Assembly (NCBI GenBank): GCA_977017575.1
Contig: CDRNVI010000060.1
Coordinates: 186,001 to 250,000, forward strand
Source of the DNA: Paramoeba atlantica
Lineage: Eukaryota > Protista > Discosea
Direction of reading: 5' to 3'
Length of the DNA: 64,000 nucleotides
Under the pieces are notes generated by a model. It searched no databases. It saw only the letters and a program-made list of their open reading frames with translations, and was not told the DNA's origin. Each line of letters starts with the position of its first letter. The first letter of the stretch is position 1. Shown one piece after another: positions 63,700 through 64,000 of the stretch. The translations under genes and the position numbers were made by a program.

Positions 63700-64000
63700 C
63701 AAGTTTAGTCATAGTAGCTACAAGACATAGTTTAGTCATATGAGGCGGCAAAAGCGTGAAATCAACGCACCCTTCAAAATGGTGCCGGGAGGTGGCTTAG
63801 CTCCAACGACCCGTTGAAGGCGTTGTCATTGAGGTTGAGCTGCATCAATTTTGATGGAAGTAAATTCAGTGCAAGTTGTCCTGTGAGCTCATGTCCCCCA
63901 ATCGAACAATCAACCACAGTACGGGGGAAATACCCCCACTGTAGTGAGCCGGAGAAAACTATCAGACCGTGCCACAACCAGAGGGATTTCCACTTCAGCA
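63700..64000 (-). pseudogene. LRR gene 3' part, frameshifted, runs off the window end
   Basis: SGSLQWGYFP..LPSKLMQLNLNDNAFNGSLEL, then FEGCVDFTLLPP in another frame. Confidence 0.8.

Overview
Eukaryotic, intron-poor protist DNA, most likely a kinetoplastid or related euglenozoan. This is inferred from four things: a VP39-type cap 2'-O-methyltransferase, a PAS-domain PGK ending in PTS1 -AKL, spliced-leader (SL)-like sequence, and every recognisable host gene lying uninterrupted on the minus strand. Host genes: about 12 members or relics of one LRR family, PAS-PGK, the cap methyltransferase, an MCPH1-like BRCT protein, a SET-like protein, HscB with a poly-Q insert, an SYCP2/KKT17-18-like protein and a 2-TM protein. 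A segmental duplication of at least 6.5 kb (1-6475 vs 10630-17100) carries three LRR genes. The intergenic DNA is dense with mobile elements: Tc1 (DD35E, intact TIRs and TA TSD), pogo relics (one with a Ulp1-like peptidase), hAT (8-bp TSD), a PHIS/ISL2EU-like element with a 4-bp TSD, two bacterial-type IS30 fragments, possible Merlin relics, CRE/SLACS-type and other RLE non-LTR relics, MITEs and long palindromes. The most striking signal is a ~570-bp SINE-like family. Two copies begin with an SL-like sequence, and one of them is joined exactly at an AG that is still visible in unspliced-looking relatives, consistent with retroposed trans-spliced RNA. No rRNA, tRNA or CRISPR array was recognised. 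All family assignments come from motif recognition by eye, not database searches.
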